From an uncultured Chitinophagaceae bacterium (GTDB lineage Bacteria; Bacteroidota; Bacteroidia; Chitinophagales; Chitinophagaceae), in assembly GCA_937981995.1 (NCBI GenBank), contig CALJNC010000028.1:2444-66443 (forward strand): 64,000 bases of DNA, read 5' to 3'. The notes under the pieces were generated by a model. The model searched no databases, was not told the origin of the DNA, and was given only the letters and a program-made list of their open reading frames with translations. This document shows positions 63,539 to 64,000 of this stretch, in pieces. Each line of letters starts with the position of its first letter. The first letter of the stretch is position 1. The translations under genes and the position numbers were made by a program.

Positions 63539-64000
63539 ATTTATATATGTTGCACTAGTTGCTTATGCTTTCTTATGGTTTGCATTGCATCCTGCCATGG
63601 CTTATTTGTTGGATAGTGATGCGGTATCTTATCTTACTATTGCGCATAGAGTAGCCAATGGTGATTGGCTTAATAGTGTAAATGGTCTTTGGAGTCCTCT
63701 CAATTCTTGGTTGTTAGTTCCATTTATCAAAATGGGATTTGATTCTTGGTTTGTTGCTAAAGTTTGGAATTTCTTTTTTGGCGGAGTCGTTTTAATTCAA
63801 GCGTATTATTTATTTGAGCGATTGCATTTTCAAAAATGGATTCAAACTGTTTTTACATCGGTTCTAATATTTGTAATTTGCTACTTTGCGTATTTTCAAA
63901 TGTTTGGAGATGTATTGCAATTAATTTTTGCTTTAGCCTATGTGCATTTGTTTGTACAAAAAGATTTTGTGTTGAGTAAGAAAAAAGTAATCCTCGCTGC
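63516..64000 (+). CDS. Polytopic membrane protein, 3' end outside the window (possibly GT39/ArnT-like glycosyltransferase)
   Basis: I translated the frame from the ATG at 63516 and it is open to the window edge: MKAWLNHRFIYVALVAYAFLWFAL...DSDAVSYLTIAHRVANGDW...LWSPLNSWLLVPF. It is absent from the ORF track because there is no stop. It overlaps the upstream gene by 23 nt. Confidence 0.4.
   Translation, partial: MKAWLNHRFIYVALVAYAFLWFALHPAMAYLLDSDAVSYLTIAHRVANGDWLNSVNGLWSPLNSWLLVPFIKMGFDSWFVAKVWNFFFGGVVLIQAYYLFERLHFQKWIQTVFTSVLIFVICYFAYFQMFGDVLQLIFALAYVHLFVQKDFVLSKKKVILA

Overview
AT-rich, tightly packed chromosomal segment that reads as Bacteroidota. Five proteins end in type-A T9SS C-terminal sorting domains, Rho carries a long lysine-rich insertion, and exact TAnnTTTG (-7 type) promoter boxes sit just upstream of many genes. 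I recognise about 62 CDS, mostly housekeeping: rho, cinA, dprA, tpiA, pckA, feoAB, gyrB, maeB, cmk, ispH, fabI, recN, sucC, two DExD-box helicases, an Omp85-family protein and a cysteine-synthase-family enzyme. I found no rRNA, tRNA, CRISPR array, transposase, integrase or phage gene; this was an eye scan, not a covariance-model search. About 14 hairpin-plus-T-run terminators are visible. The most system-like feature is a nine-gene, single-strand cluster at 44.5-49.9 kb. It encodes a long ECF sigma factor with a TPR-like C-terminal extension (ECF42-type architecture), two paralogous YCII/DGPF-like proteins, three DinB-fold or DUF proteins, two TfoX_N-like proteins and an uncharacterised Cys-motif protein. 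Three of its transcription units are preceded by the same ECF-like promoter motif, (T/C)TGTCC-N18-CGTTAT, so the sigma factor and its apparent regulon sit together. Secondary points of interest: an ECF sigma paired with a membrane-anchored protein ending in an outer-membrane beta-barrel domain; an orphan sigma-54 activator with no DNA-binding domain, plus one sigma-54-like promoter; a T9SS cargo protein with a CxxCH motif; an isolated fdx-iscX pair; a DnaA-box pair upstream of gyrB; and three genes whose -7 box lies exactly 4 nt from the ATG, implying leaderless mRNAs. All family assignments come from motif recognition by eye and need HMM or BLAST confirmation.
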